64,000 bases of DNA, taken from the NCBI RefSeq assembly GCF_963921235.1, contig NC_086097.1, positions 28,708,001 to 28,772,000 on the forward strand. Direction: 5' to 3'. The number at the start of each line of letters is the position of its first letter. Position 1 is the first letter of the stretch. A program made the translations under genes and the position numbers. The notes beneath the pieces are model-generated. The model had not been told where the DNA came from. It did no database searches and saw only the letters and a list, made by a program, of their open reading frames with translations. Positions 12,900-26,200 of this stretch are shown here, one piece after another. Origin of the DNA: Mobula hypostoma (lineage: Eukaryota).

Positions 12900-15040
12900 G
12901 CAACATGTCACTTGCAGAACCAGGGAGTCAACAAATCTGACCATGTTACACCACCATCAGAAATCCTTACAGTGCCATACAATGCCTGCAATTCGGCAAG
13001 TCCAATCACTGGGCTGTATTTCTACATGTTTGTACTTCCAGCATACAGGCAAAGACAGGGGGCCACATCTCCAGTGGTGAGGACGGGAGGACCACAAAGG
13101 TATGGTCAAGGGAGGTGGAAAATCACCTACAGGACTGCTTTGAATCAGTGGACAGGACAATCTTCAGGGATCCTTCTTCAAATCTGAATGAATACGCCAC
13201 AGTTGTCATTAACTTTGAGTGTGGACAAGCGTGTGTCTTTGAGAACATACTGGACATACTAAAGCAAAAGCCGTGGATGAACCAGGCTAGATCTGTGGCA
13301 TTCAAAATCGGTGATCCAGAACTAAACAAGAAGTCCGGTTATGACCTATGGAAAGCTATTTTAAGAGCAAGAAAACATCTCTGATTGAAGTTAGAAACTG
13401 AATCGGATGCACGTCAGTTCTGACAGGATTTGCAGGCAATTACTTCCTACAAGGTAAAACCTAACGTCATGATTGGCTGTGATGTTTCACTCCCAGATAA
13501 ACTCAACACCTTTTGTGCTCGCTTTGAAAGGGAGAATAAAACTACACCTGTGCAAATCCCTGCTGCACCTGGTGACTGTGATCTCCGTCTCTGTGAAGCT
13601 GATATCAGAATATCTTTTAAGACTGTGAACACTCACAAGGCGACAAGCCTCGATGGTGTACCTGGTAGGGCTCTGAAAACCTGTTCCAATCAACTGGAGG
13701 GAGTGTTCAAAGACATCTTTAATCTCTCATTGCTGCAGTTACAGGTTCCCGCCTGCTTTAAAAGGGCGGCAATCTTACCAGTGCCCGAGAAGAGCAGGGT
13801 GAGCTGCCTCAGTGACCATTGTCCAGCAGCTCTCACATCTACAGCGATGAAGTGCCTTGAGAGGTTGGTCACGGCCAGAGACAACTCCTGCCGAAGCAAG
13901 GACCTGGACCCACTGCAATTTACCTGTTGCCACAATAGGTCTACAGTGGATGCAATCTCACTGGCTCTCCATTTGGCCTTGGATCACCTGGCCAATAGCA
14001 ACAACTTTGTCAGGCTTCAGTTTATTGATTACAGTTCAGAGTTCAACACCATCATACACTCAGTACTAATCAACAAACTCCAGAACCTCTGTACCTCCCT
14101 CTGCAACTGGATCCTTGACTTCCTCATCGGGGGAGACCACAGTCAGTGCATATCAGAAATAACATCTCCTCCTCGCTGGCAATCAACACTTGTGCACCTC
14201 AAAGATATGTGCTTAGGCCACTGCTCTGCCCTCTCTACACCCATGATTATGCGGCTAGACACAGCTCAGACACCATCTATACATTTGCCGACGACACAAC
14301 TATTGTGTGCAGAGTTTCTGGTGCCGGTGATTAGGCTTCCACGAGTGAGATACAGCACCTCAGCTGGTTGAGTGGTGTTGCAACGACAACGTCAGTGAGA
14401 CCGAGGAATCCATTGAGGACTTCAGAAAGGGGAAGTTCAGAGAGCACACACTGAAAGTTCAGCAGGGGAAGGGGGAGCAGTTTCAAGTTCCTGGGAGTCA
14501 ACATCCCTGAAGATCAATCCTGGGTCCAACGTATTGATGCAATTACAAAGAGGGCACGGCAGCGGCTACATTTCATTAAGAGGTTGACTATAGACTCAAA
14601 GACTCTAGCAAATTTCTACAGATGCACTGTGGAGAGCAATCTGACTGGTTGCATCATAGTCTGGCATGGAGGGGCCACTGCATAGGATTAGAAAAAGTTG
14701 CAGGAAGTTGCAAACTCAGCCAGCTCTATCATTAAGGAAGTCCCCCCTCCCGATTTCCTAGGACAACCCCTCTTCTCATTGCTATAGTCAAGGAAGAGGT
14801 ACAGGAGCATGAAGACACACTCTCAGAATTTTGGGAACAGCTTCTTCCACCCTACCACTAGATTATCTGACTAGCCAGTGAACCCGTGTACACTACCTCA
14901 GTAATTTTCCCCTCTCTTTTTGCACTTACTTAATATATCTTTATATACAGTATACATTTCTTATTGTAATTTATTATTATGTATTGCATGGTACTGCTGC
15001 CACAGAACAATACATGCCAGTGATATTAAACCTGATCCTG
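12900..15040 (+). mobile_element. Decayed Rex-Babar/L2-group LINE (RT remnant 13430-14371)
   Basis: KA...DGVPGRALK, PAALTSTAMKCLERLV, LDPLQF, FIDYSSEFNTI and FADDT motifs; many frameshifts. Confidence 0.8.
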
Positions 15041-18000
15041 ATTAAGTTATGTTTCGGACTGAGACTCTTCATCAGTGCTGAAATGGAAGGGGGGCTTCCT
15101 TCTGCTTCTGTCACCTCCTTCCCTGATGAAGGGTCTCAGCCCGAAATGGTGTCTGTTTATTTTCCTCCATAATGCCGCCTGACCTCATCAGTTCCTCCGT
15201 CACGTTGTGTGTGTTCAAAAACACGAGAAAATCCGCAGATGCTGGAAATCCAAGTAACACACACAAAATGCTGGAGGAACTCAGCAGGCCAGGCAGCACC
15301 TGTGGAAAAGAGTAAACAGTTGATGTTTCGAGCTGAGTCCCTTCATCAGGACCTGGTGTGTTTGTCCTGTAGGACGCAGGATGCCTGGTACCCTCAGTGT
15401 GACAGGCACGCCATCTGCAGGGCATAGCCTGCACTACAACCACAGGTGGATCTAGAGCCGGACTCTTTCTCCTGTATCCCATGTTCGTTATCCTCTTGCA
15501 CCCCTTTAACCTTTTCCCCTCTCTCGGTCTGTGCCTTCAGTTTATGTTCTTGGAGTTTTTTTATTTGCACAGTTAGTCTTCTTCTTGAACAGACTGCACA
15601 ACCAAGAGTCTCACTTTCAAGGATTCTAAAACTCAAGTTCTCAGTTTTATTTACCTTTTTGTTATTTGCATGGTTTTTCTTCTTTTGTACATTTTGGTTG
15701 TCAGTCTTCATTGATGTAGAGTTTTTCCATAAATATTTATTTATTTTCCTGTAAGTGCCTGCAAGAAAATGAGAAGGGCTGCATGCTAGTTCTTGCAGAA
15801 ACGTGGCTCCAGGACAACATCCCACAACACTCAGGGACACAGGCTATATTTTTTGTGACTAAATTTTTCTGCTATCATGATTATATGTGCTGTGTGTGAC
15901 CGTTGGTACTGTGTTTAACACGTTGGCTCCACAAGAACACTGTTTCGTTTGGCTGCATTCATGTATATGAGTGAATAACAATTAAACTTGAACATATAGA
16001 ACTTTGATAATAAATTTTACTTTGAACTTTCCACTCCTCTCACTTGTTTTATTAACTTCATGAGTTATTAACTTCAAACTTTCTGCATACTCACTCAAAG
16101 AGTTGAACTGTACGTGCATATAACGAGAGTTGTATAACTTATCTCCTTCTATCATAGGCCACGAACTTATCAATCACCCCTGCTGTGGACACTTTCTGGT
16201 CTGGAGGTCCAAGATCCGTTTGCTCCACGACCGCTGGACTAAGTGTGTAAATGTAGGAGGGGACTATGTTGAAAAATAAATGTGCTAGGTTTTCTAAAAT
16301 TGACTCCTTCTACCTTAGGCCACGAACTTGTCAATCACCCCTGGTGGTTTCTTTTCATTTCACATGTGTGGGCAGTTGCTTGTGCACATAACAAATATGA
16401 CCTTGTTGATTTTGGTGATGCCCAAGCCGAGACACTCCCTCTTCTTTCTCCAGAAGTGAAACAGGCGTAGGCCATTTGGCCCCTTTAGCCTTCCTCATGA
16501 TCTTCCAAACCACTTGGAGAAAGACACTTCCTGTAGAACACAGGGTACAATTGAGGCAACAACAGGATCGGTCCCCTACATAAAGGACGGTGTATGTGTT
16601 TCAGCTATGGGGAGATGAAGAAAAGGAAGCATTAAATTCTGGCCAGAAGATACAGAAGTCTGAAAGTACATACCTCCAAGCTTAGAAACAGTTTCTATGC
16701 CACTATTACAAGACGACTGAATGGACTTCTTCTGCAACAAGATGGGCCCTTGATCTCCCAATCCATCTCATCGTGACCCTTGTGCATTTGTTTATCTGCA
16801 CTGCACTTTCTCTGTAACAACGTGATATCCAGCATTCTGCATTCCTTCTTCTACTCCCTCAAAGTATGGAATGATCTGTATGGATGGCACACAAACAAAA
16901 TCTTTTCACTCCATCTTGTCACAATAATAAACCAAAGATTTAAAGATAAGGATTTGTTAACACATAGATTGAAACGTACAGTGAAATGCATCATTTGTGT
17001 CAATGGCCAACACTGACCAAGGATGTGCTGGAGGCAGCCTGCAAGTGTTGCCATGATTCCAAGGCCAACATAACATGCCCACAACTTACTAACCCATACG
17101 TCCTTGGAGCGTGGAAAGAAACTGGAGCCCAGGTGGTCTCAGGAAGAACGTACAAGCTTCTTACAGACATTGTCGGAAATTGAATTCCAATCTTCTGATC
17201 GCTGGCACTGTGTGTGTGACATTAACTGTGATGCTACTGTACCTTCAATTCCAATTCCTGCAACTACGTCCAGGTGGTTTGATTGATTAATATCAGCCCA
17301 AAACATCCGAGGACACCGAGATCCTTCCAAATACCGACAGGTTCACATGGTTAAAACTGAGGGTGAAGTTTGTAGGAACGTAATCCATCTGGCAGCTTTT
17401 TGGTGTGGGACTTCAGGCATCAGACTTCAAACAGCTTTCATGTAGCCAATCATCTCAATTATTCCACTTTTCTGTGACTTCTGCTTGTTCTTTTTGTGTT
17501 GTATGTGTTTTTTTGGAAAATGTTGAGACCTGTGACGTGCAGTTTGGAGTGCAAATGAATGATCTGGTGGTCTGCTGTCCTCGAGAAGATTCCAGGAGAG
17601 GATTGCGAACACCAGATGCCTCGTGGAGAAGATCAGAGATGGGTCACAGGGCCATGATCGACTCCAATTCGAAGCTTCGAGGAAGATGAAGCACAGAGGA
17701 GTTCAGCGTGTGGGCAAGTCCATGGGATCAGTGGTCGCTCTTCATGGAAGGACTGAGTTCAAGTGGTGGCTCTCCTTGATGCTGATGGGAGAAGGCCGTG
17801 AGGCCACGGGATCAGTGGTTGCTTGCCACAGAAGGACCATGTTTGATCTGTAGCTCTCCTCGATGCTGAACAGGAAGATACTTCCAAAATTCTAAGATTT
17901 GATGTGATTATTGGATTGTAGCTCATATCAGTCTCCTTCAGTTTTCTGTCTTTCTTGTTGCCAATTGGAGGGTTGGGGGTTTTGGGGTTCCGGGTGGGCG

Positions 18001-18727
18001 ATATGTTAGTTTTTGTGCTAGGGAGGGGATAGGGGTTTGGGGTTTGATGTTCTAGCTGTCATTTTCCTTGTGGGCGATCTGAGGTATGGGTTGGTGGGGT
18101 TTGGGGTTAGTGAGTTTTGTCTCTCTCTTTTTCATGCAGGTTGGGGTGGGGGTTAATGACTTCTCTTTCAAAGACTCCCATGGTTTTTCTGTAAGTCATG
18201 GCTATATCAGAGTTGGATTGTACTCCACATGTATACTTTGACAATAAAATGAACACTTGAAGCTTCAACCCTTTTTTTTGAACCCCTGCCTGACAGTAGC
18301 TGTAAGAAATAGACACGAGACCTGGATGGCATCTTTGGAAGGAAGGAACAGTCGATGTTTCAGGCAGGACTGGGAAAAGAAGCACGAAGAAGCCAGAATA
18401 AGAAAGTGGGGGGTAGGGAAAAGGGAGAAAGAGGAGGATTACAAGCTGGCAGGGGATCGGTGAAACCAGGTGACGGGGAAGGTGGGTGGGTGGGTAATGC
18501 TGATGAAGTGAGAAGCGGGGGTTGATAGGTGGCAGAGGTAAAGGACTACAGAGGCAGAAATCTGATCGGAGCAGAGAGTGGACCATGGGGAAAAAGTGAT
18601 GGAGGAGGGTTAAGCAGAGGAAGTTGAGAAGAAAAGAATAGGTGAGAGGGTAACCAGAAGTGGGGATGGGAAAAAAAAATAGAAGGGAAGGAAGGAGAAA
18701 TTACCAGAAGGTAGAGAAAATGGTGTT

Positions 18728-18972
18728 TGTTATGTTTACATCTTTAAAACATAAAACTAATCAAAAGAAAATCATGGAGCCGGGAATAACGTGTACTCTA
18801 GTTTCATTTTTACTTTAGTGAGGTGTGCACTTACGACATGGTGACATAATGACATATGGCATTCATGTACTTTTACATATAACCCGTAATGAATTATGTA
18901 AACAAAGAATGCTTAATCAAACAATATTTACATTACTCAATATTACTGAAATACACAGAAAACTCCTCCCTA
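18728..18972 (-). mobile_element. Probable LTR remnant with an adjacent polypurine tract
   Basis: Starts TGTTATG on the plus strand (minus-strand ...AACA end). The other end abuts ctcctccct (minus AGGGAGGAG, PPT-like). Confidence 0.45.
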
Positions 18973-20679
18973 CAGTTTTCAATCTAGTGTGCTGTCCTCT
19001 CCTCCTGCTCCATCTTTTGTGCTCTCTATTCCCTTTCAGTTCAGGTCTCACGCAACCCAGTTTACATTTCTTCTTTAGCTCAGAGAGTTATTGCCATAGC
19101 CTCCCTTTACTGAACATCCCTTCCTTTAACAACACACCGAAAATGCTGGAGGAACTAAGCAGGTCAGGCAGCATCTATGGAGAGGAAAATACAGGCAACA
19201 TTTTGGGATGAGACCCTTCATCAGGATTGGATGGGGGGGAGGGGAAGATCCCCTTCTTTAAACTGGTCATCAAAACTACCCCCAAAAAAAAGAACACTTT
19301 GTGGTCAAATGTTCTTAGATACAATCACTTAATCCACTTCAGTGCTAATTGAGCCCAACACTGGTAAACAGGACTTCCTGTATGTTCCCCTAACTACTGA
19401 ATCCTCTACCATTACAGCTCACCTCCTATCCCCCTTTCCTCTGAGCCACAGAGCCAGACCCCGATGTGGTCACTGCAGCTTTCCATTGGTAAGTCATTTC
19501 CCACCTCCCCCAACAGTATCCAAAGCAGTACACCTTTCATTGAGGGAAATGGCCAGGGAGGTACCTTGCACTTGCTGCCTATCCCTTTTCCCCCTCCTGA
19601 CAGTCATCTGTGCCCTGCACCCAAGTTAACTATCTCCTGTATTGCCTGTCAATCTCACAAATGATCCAGAGTTCATCCAGCTCCAATTCCATAACCATCT
19701 GTAAGAAGCTGCAGCTGGATGCACCTCTCACAGGTGTAGTCATCAGGGACACTGAAGGTCTCCCACCTTCCTACATCTCGCAAGAGGAGCTTTCCACTAG
19801 TCTGCCTAGCATTCCCACTGCTTTAACTTGTGGGAGTGAGGGAGGGAGGGAGGGAGGAAGGAAAGAAAGAAAGAGACTCAAAATGCCCATTTAAGTTTCT
19901 ATGAGCTAAAGCCTTAGCATGCCCACTCTAACACTGGCCCACTCATACAATGGCCGCTCCACTTAAACTTAACCTCTTTTTATTGGCCCTTGCCTAATTA
20001 CCCCACAATCTATGGTGTGCAGAATGTCCTGACTGCTCCAATTCACATTTTTTTCCAAATGTCGCTCCAGCTACACACAGTTCAGTGGCTCATGTGGTGT
20101 GCAGTAAGTTCTAGAAGTAAGTGGGAAAGGGTTAGATTGATCTTAGTAGGTTAAAAGGTCGGCACAACATCGTGAGCCTGTACTGTGCTGTTGTGTTCTA
20201 TGTTCTAATTGATAACTTTTCTTCGGTTGCAGACAATACTGTAAATTTGACCTCACCAATGTTTTATACAAATTCAACATAACATCTCAATTCCTGTACT
20301 CAATACTTTGATTTATGAAGGCCAATGTGCCAAAAGCTCTGTTTCTCACCCGATTACCTGTGACATCCTTTTCATGGAATTATGGATCGGTATTCCAGAT
20401 CCCTTTGTTCCACTGTGGCCAATTATCCCACCAACCCCCATCAGCAGTGCAACCCTCCGGTCGTTTCTCCCTCTTGTGTTTGTCCAGCCTTGATTCATCA
20501 TTTGCTGTGGGAATGAGATCTACATTCTCACCTCTCCTTGGAAAAAGAAGACTCTTTTGCATTCATTCATGAATTTCTTAGTGACTAATGTTAAGGTCTT
20601 CTGGAAGCTGTCAGCTTTGTATCCATCTATAAAATCCTTTCATTAATTTAATGACCTCTGTGAGGACATTCCTCAATGT

Positions 20680-21790
20680 TAGAACCTGGAAAAGTACAGG
20701 CCCTTTGGCTCACAATGTTGTATCAACCTGTCAACCCTTCCTTTCGCCATACCCCTCCATTTTTCTTTTATTCATATGCCTAAGAGTTTCTTAAATATTC
20801 CCAACATATCTGCTTCTATCATTATACCAGGCAGCATGTTCCGTGCACCAACCACGCTGGGTAAGAAAAACCTACCTCTGAAAGTACGTGATACTTTCCT
20901 CCAATCACCTTAAGATTAAGATTCATCTTGTTAGCTATTTCCGCCCTAGGAAAAAGTTTCTGGCTATCCTCTTGAACTATGCCTCTTGTCACAATACCAT
21001 AAGACTATAAGATATAGGAGCAGAATTAGGCCATTAGGCCTAGCAGGCCTGTTATGCCATTTCATCATGGCTGATCCATTTTCCCTCTCAGCCCCAATCT
21101 CCTGCCTTCTTTCCGTATCCTTTCATACCCTGACTAATCAAGAATCTATCAACCTCTGTCTCAAACATACCCAACGACTTGGCTTCCACAGCTACCTGTG
21201 CCAATGAATTCCACAGATTCACCACTCTCTGGCTAAAGAAACTCCTCTTCATCCCTGTTGTAAAATGATGCCCCTCTATTCTGAGGCTGTGTCTTCTGGT
21301 CTTAGACTCCCCCACTATAGGAAACACCCTCTCCACATCCACTCTGTTGAGGCCTTTCAATATTTAATAGGTTCCAATGAGGTCACACCTCTCGTACAAG
21401 TCTATCATATCACCTCCCATCTTCCACTCCAAAGAGAAAAGCACTAGCTCGCTCAACCTATCCTCATAAGACATGTTCCCTAATCCAGGCATCATCCTGG
21501 TAAATCTCCTTTATGTCCTCTCTAAATCTTCCACATCCTTACCATGAGGTAACCAGAACTGAACATATAACATTCCAAGTGTGGTCTTAAATGTCCCTAA
21601 TGTATCTGCCTCTACCACCACCCCTGGAAGTTCATTCCATGCATCCACCACTCTGTGCAAGAAACCTACCTCTCCTATACTTTCTTAACCAATCACCTTA
21701 AAAATATGTCCCCTGATATTAGCCATTTCTGCCCTAGGAAGTCAACTTGGCTGTCCACTTGATATTATCTTGTAGATCTCTATCAAATAT
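20680..21790 (-). mobile_element. Cluster of CR1 3' fragments, with one copy (~20995-21390) nested in another
   Basis: FFSQRVVNLWNSL peptide; repeated CR1 tails. Confidence 0.7.
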
Positions 21791-23255
21791 TCTGCTACTC
21801 CTGAGTTTACTTACATGCATTTCTCCAGTCATCATGGTCTGTGACCTATTACACAGGTCATTACTTTCAATCCTGATTCGTGCTCCTTGTGAGAGATCAG
21901 GCAGAACATCCTCTCAGTGTTTATCTGCTAAGCTTTTTCAGAGTCTTTGATGCTTCAGCATCTTCTGACCCCCACAGGTCTGATCTACTCAATCTTTCCT
22001 TGTATGACAATTACTTCCACCTCAAATGAATCTTGTCTGCTCCATGGCTAACCAAGCCTTGTGGAAACACTTCCCTTTTTTTTAAAATATTCCTCTGACA
22101 TTTACCCTATACTTTCCACCAATCACCTTAGCATTATGCCCCTATGATCCAATATTTACACTGGCACACTGAACAATGGCTCACTGTTGTGGACACCCTG
22201 TGGAATGGAAGCACTGCAGTTTCATTAACCATTACTTCTTACTACTATGAAGAAATATGTTGCCACAGGTTCTAAAACAGCAAAAATTGCTGCATAGCAA
22301 TACATTCAAATTATGGCTCTTGGACACGGTGCTCATACAGAGCGAAGCTAATTCAATTTTGAACTTGAGCTTTCCCTTGTTAGAATAATTCTGAGGCTTA
22401 TATTCCCAATGATCAATGACCCAATAATCATCACTAAATTAACTGTTTGCAAGTTTATGGCTGTAGACTGTAATGTCTTGATCACAAGTTAATGCTGCAC
22501 TGTATGAGGTCGCTTGATCCATAGGCTTAAAAGAAGATCAATCTGGTGTTCCTGCTCTTTTTCCTTAATCCCTCCGATGTTTACTCTTTTTATTATTGTA
22601 CAAAGAGCTTACATTTATATCCATGAGTTACCCTCCAGATTGTAATTATCCATTGGAAAAATAGAGTTGGTAAACCTCTGCTAAAACATCTAAAACAGCC
22701 TTTCTCAACCTTTTTGCCCTGGAGGAACACTTGAAATAATTTTCAGGTCTCAGGGAACCACTGTTTAGAAATGATTATATCTGCAGCTCACGCGGCGTTA
22801 GTGTGATCAGCAAGTTATAGGTATAATAATACAAAATAATTGTCAATGCTCTTTTGAGTAGAGAATGAATTTTTAGCCAACCTTTCTTGAAAAAAAAACA
22901 GGTAGTTAAGGTTAGCTTACTTTTCTTGAAATTGATCTTTTTCTTTCCCTTTCATTAATTTTAAAAACTCATTAGGCAAACATAATACATTTCTGTTTTC
23001 AATAAGACTCGAGATTTTCTGCTATCCCTCCTCACTCCCAAGCCCAACCAGCAGTGGAAACATTTCAAGATTTCCTTTTGCAACATGATTTTTCCAAAGA
23101 TTCAGTTTCCTTTTAAATCCAAGAATCTTGTCACTTGAAGTCAAAATATTTTCTCCAGTGCCTTGCAGAGACTTGTTCAACGGGTTCATATGATGAAAAA
23201 TGTCTGCTAAGTGGGCTAGTTTCCGCAGCCATTTTCATCTTAAAAGAACTCAGCA

Positions 23256-26200
23256 TTAATTCTTAAGAAAGATAAAGACCCTACTGATTGTGCTTCATAT
23301 AGACCTATTTCATTATTAAATGTGGATGCCAAAATTCTTTCAAAAATAATGGCTAATCGGATGGAGAATATACTAGCTAAAATTATTTCTCAGGATCAAA
23401 CGGGTTTTACAAAAGGCGGTTATTCTTTTTCTAATACTCGGAGATTGTTAAATATTATATACTCATCCCTTTCTAGGACTCCCCAATGTATGGTTTCTCT
23501 AGATGCTGAAAAGGCATTTGATAGAGTTGAATGGAAATATCTATTTAAAGTTTTAGAGAAATTTAGCTTTGGTACTAATTTTAATAAATGGATTAGATTG
23601 ATATACAAAAGACCTATTGCCACTGTTATCTCTAATAACTCTAGATCCCCCTTTTTCCAACTTTCCCGGGGTACGAGACAAGGATGTCCGTTAAGTCCTC
23701 TGTTATTTAACCTGATGTTGGAACCCTTGGCTATTGCACTTCGTGAAGCTAAAATATTCAAGGAATTTCTATAAATGGGACTATTCATAAGATATCCCTT
23801 TTTGCGGATGATCTTTTGGTTTATGTTTCGAATCCCGAAGAATCTATTCCTAGCTTATTGAAATTATTAAATGAATTTGGTTTGTTTTCAGGATACAGTA
23901 GTAGTGAGGTCGGAGATGGTATTAAACAGGAAATTAGAAATGTGTGCAATAAAGGAACAGCAGTTATAATGGGTGACTTCAATCTACATGTAGATTGGGT
24001 GAACCAAATTGGTAAAGGTGCTGAGGAAGAGGATTTCTTGGAATGTATGCGGGATGGTTTTTTGAACCAACATGTCGAGGAACCAACTAGAGAGCAGTCT
24101 ATTCTAGACTGGGTTTTGAGCAATGAGGAAGGGTTAATTAGCAATCTTGTCGTGAGAGGCCCCTTGGGTAAGAGTGACCATAATATGGTGGAATTCTTCA
24201 TTAAGATGGACATTGACATAGTTAATTCAGAAACAAAGGTTCTGAACTTAAAGAGGGGTAACTTTGAAGGTATGAGACGTGAATTAGCTAAGATAGACTG
24301 GCAAATGACACTTAAAGGATTGATGGTGGATATGCAATGGCAAGCATTTAAGGATTGCATGGATGAACTACAACAATTGTTCATCCCAGTTTGGCAAAAG
24401 GATAAATCAGGGAAGGTAGTGCACCCGTGGCTGACAAGGGAAATTAGGGATAGTATCAATTCCAAAGAAGAAGCATACAAATTAGCCAGAAAAAGTGGCT
24501 CACCTGAGGACTGGGAGAAATTCAGAGTTCAGCAGAGGAGGACAAAGGGCTTAATTAGGAAGGGAAAAAAAGATTATGAGAGAAAACTGGCAGAGAACAT
24601 AAAAACGGACTGTAAAAGCTTTTATAGATATGTAAAAAGGAAAAGACTGGTAAAGACAAATGTAGGTCCCCTACAGACAGAAACAGGTGAATTGATTATG
24701 GGGAGCAAGGACATGGCAGACCAATTGAATAATTACTTTGGTTCTCTCTTCACTAGGGAGGACATAAATAATCTTCCAGAAATAGTAGGGGACAGAGGGT
24801 CCAATGAGATGGAGGAAATGAGCGAAATACATGTTAGTAGGGAAGTGGTGTTGGGTAAATTGAAGGGATTAAAGGCAGATAAATCCCCAGGGCCAGATGG
24901 TCTGCATCCCAGAGTGCTTAAGGAAGTAGCCCAAGAAATAGTGGATACATTAGTGATAATTTTTCAAAACTCGTTAGATTCTGGACTAGTTCCTGAGGAT
25001 TGGAGGGTGGCTAATGTAACCCCACTTTTTAAAAAAGGAGGGAGAGAGAAACCGGGGAATTATAGACCGGTTAGCCTAACGTCGGTGGTGGGGAAACTGC
25101 TGGAGTCGGTTATCAAAGATGTGATAACAGCACATTTGGAAAGCGGTGAAATCATCGGACAAAGTCAGCATGGATTTGTGAAAGGAAAATCATGTCTGAC
25201 GAATCTCATAGAATTTTTTGAGGATGTAACTAGTAGAGTGAATAGGGGAGAACCAGTGGATGTGGTATATCTGGATTTTCAAAAGGCTTTTGACAAGGTC
25301 CCACACAGGAGATTAGTGTGCAAACTTAAAGCACACGGTTTTGGGGGTAAGGTATTGATGTGGATGGAGAGTGGGAATAAACGGGACCTTTTCAGAATGG
25401 CAGGCAGTGACTAGTGGGGTACCGCAAGACTCAGTGCTGGGACCCCAGTTGTTTACAATATATATTAATGACTTGGATGAGGGAATTAAATGCAGAATCT
25501 CCAAGTTTGCGGATGACATGAAGCTGGGCGGCAGTGTTAGCTGTGAGGAGGATGCTAAGAGGATGCAGGGTGACTTGGATAGGTTGGGTGAGTGGGCAAA
25601 CTCATGGCAGATGCAATTTAATGTGGATAAATGTGAAGTTATCCACTTTGGTGGCAAAAATAGGAAAACAGATTATTATCTGAATGGTGGCCGATTAGGA
25701 AAAGGGGAGGTGCAACGAGACCTGGGTGTCATTATACACCAGTCATTGAAAGTGGGCATGCAGGTACAGCAGGTGGTGAAAAAGGCGAATGGTATGCTGG
25801 CATTTATAGCGAGAGGATTCGAGTACAGGAGCAGGGAGGTACTACTGCAGTTGTACAAGGCCTTGGTGAGACCACACCTGGAGTATTGTGTGCAGTTTTG
25901 GTCCCCTAATCTGAGGAAAGACATCCTTGCCATAGAGGGAGTACAAAGAAGGTTCACCAGATTGATTCCTGGGATGGCAGGACTTTCATAGGAAGAAAGA
26001 CTGGATGAACTAGGCTTGTACTCGTTGGAATTTAGAAGATTGAGGGGGGATCTGATTGAAACGTATCAAATGCTAAAGGGATTGGACAGGCTAGATGCAG
26101 GAAGATTGTTCCCGATGTTGGGGAAGCCCAGAACGAGGGGTCACGGTTTGAGGATAAGGGGGAAGCCTTTTAGGACTGAGATTAGGAAAAACTTCTTCAC

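Noticed and set aside
16143..16343. CRISPR-like repeat-spacer-repeat
   Set aside because: Only two units, a spacer of ~120 bp, vertebrate DNA and no cas genes.
17965..18150. Telomere-like G-rich tract (ggggtttggggttag)
   Set aside because: It is irregular, is not a (TTAGGG)n array and appears to lie within the 3' region of a retroelement.
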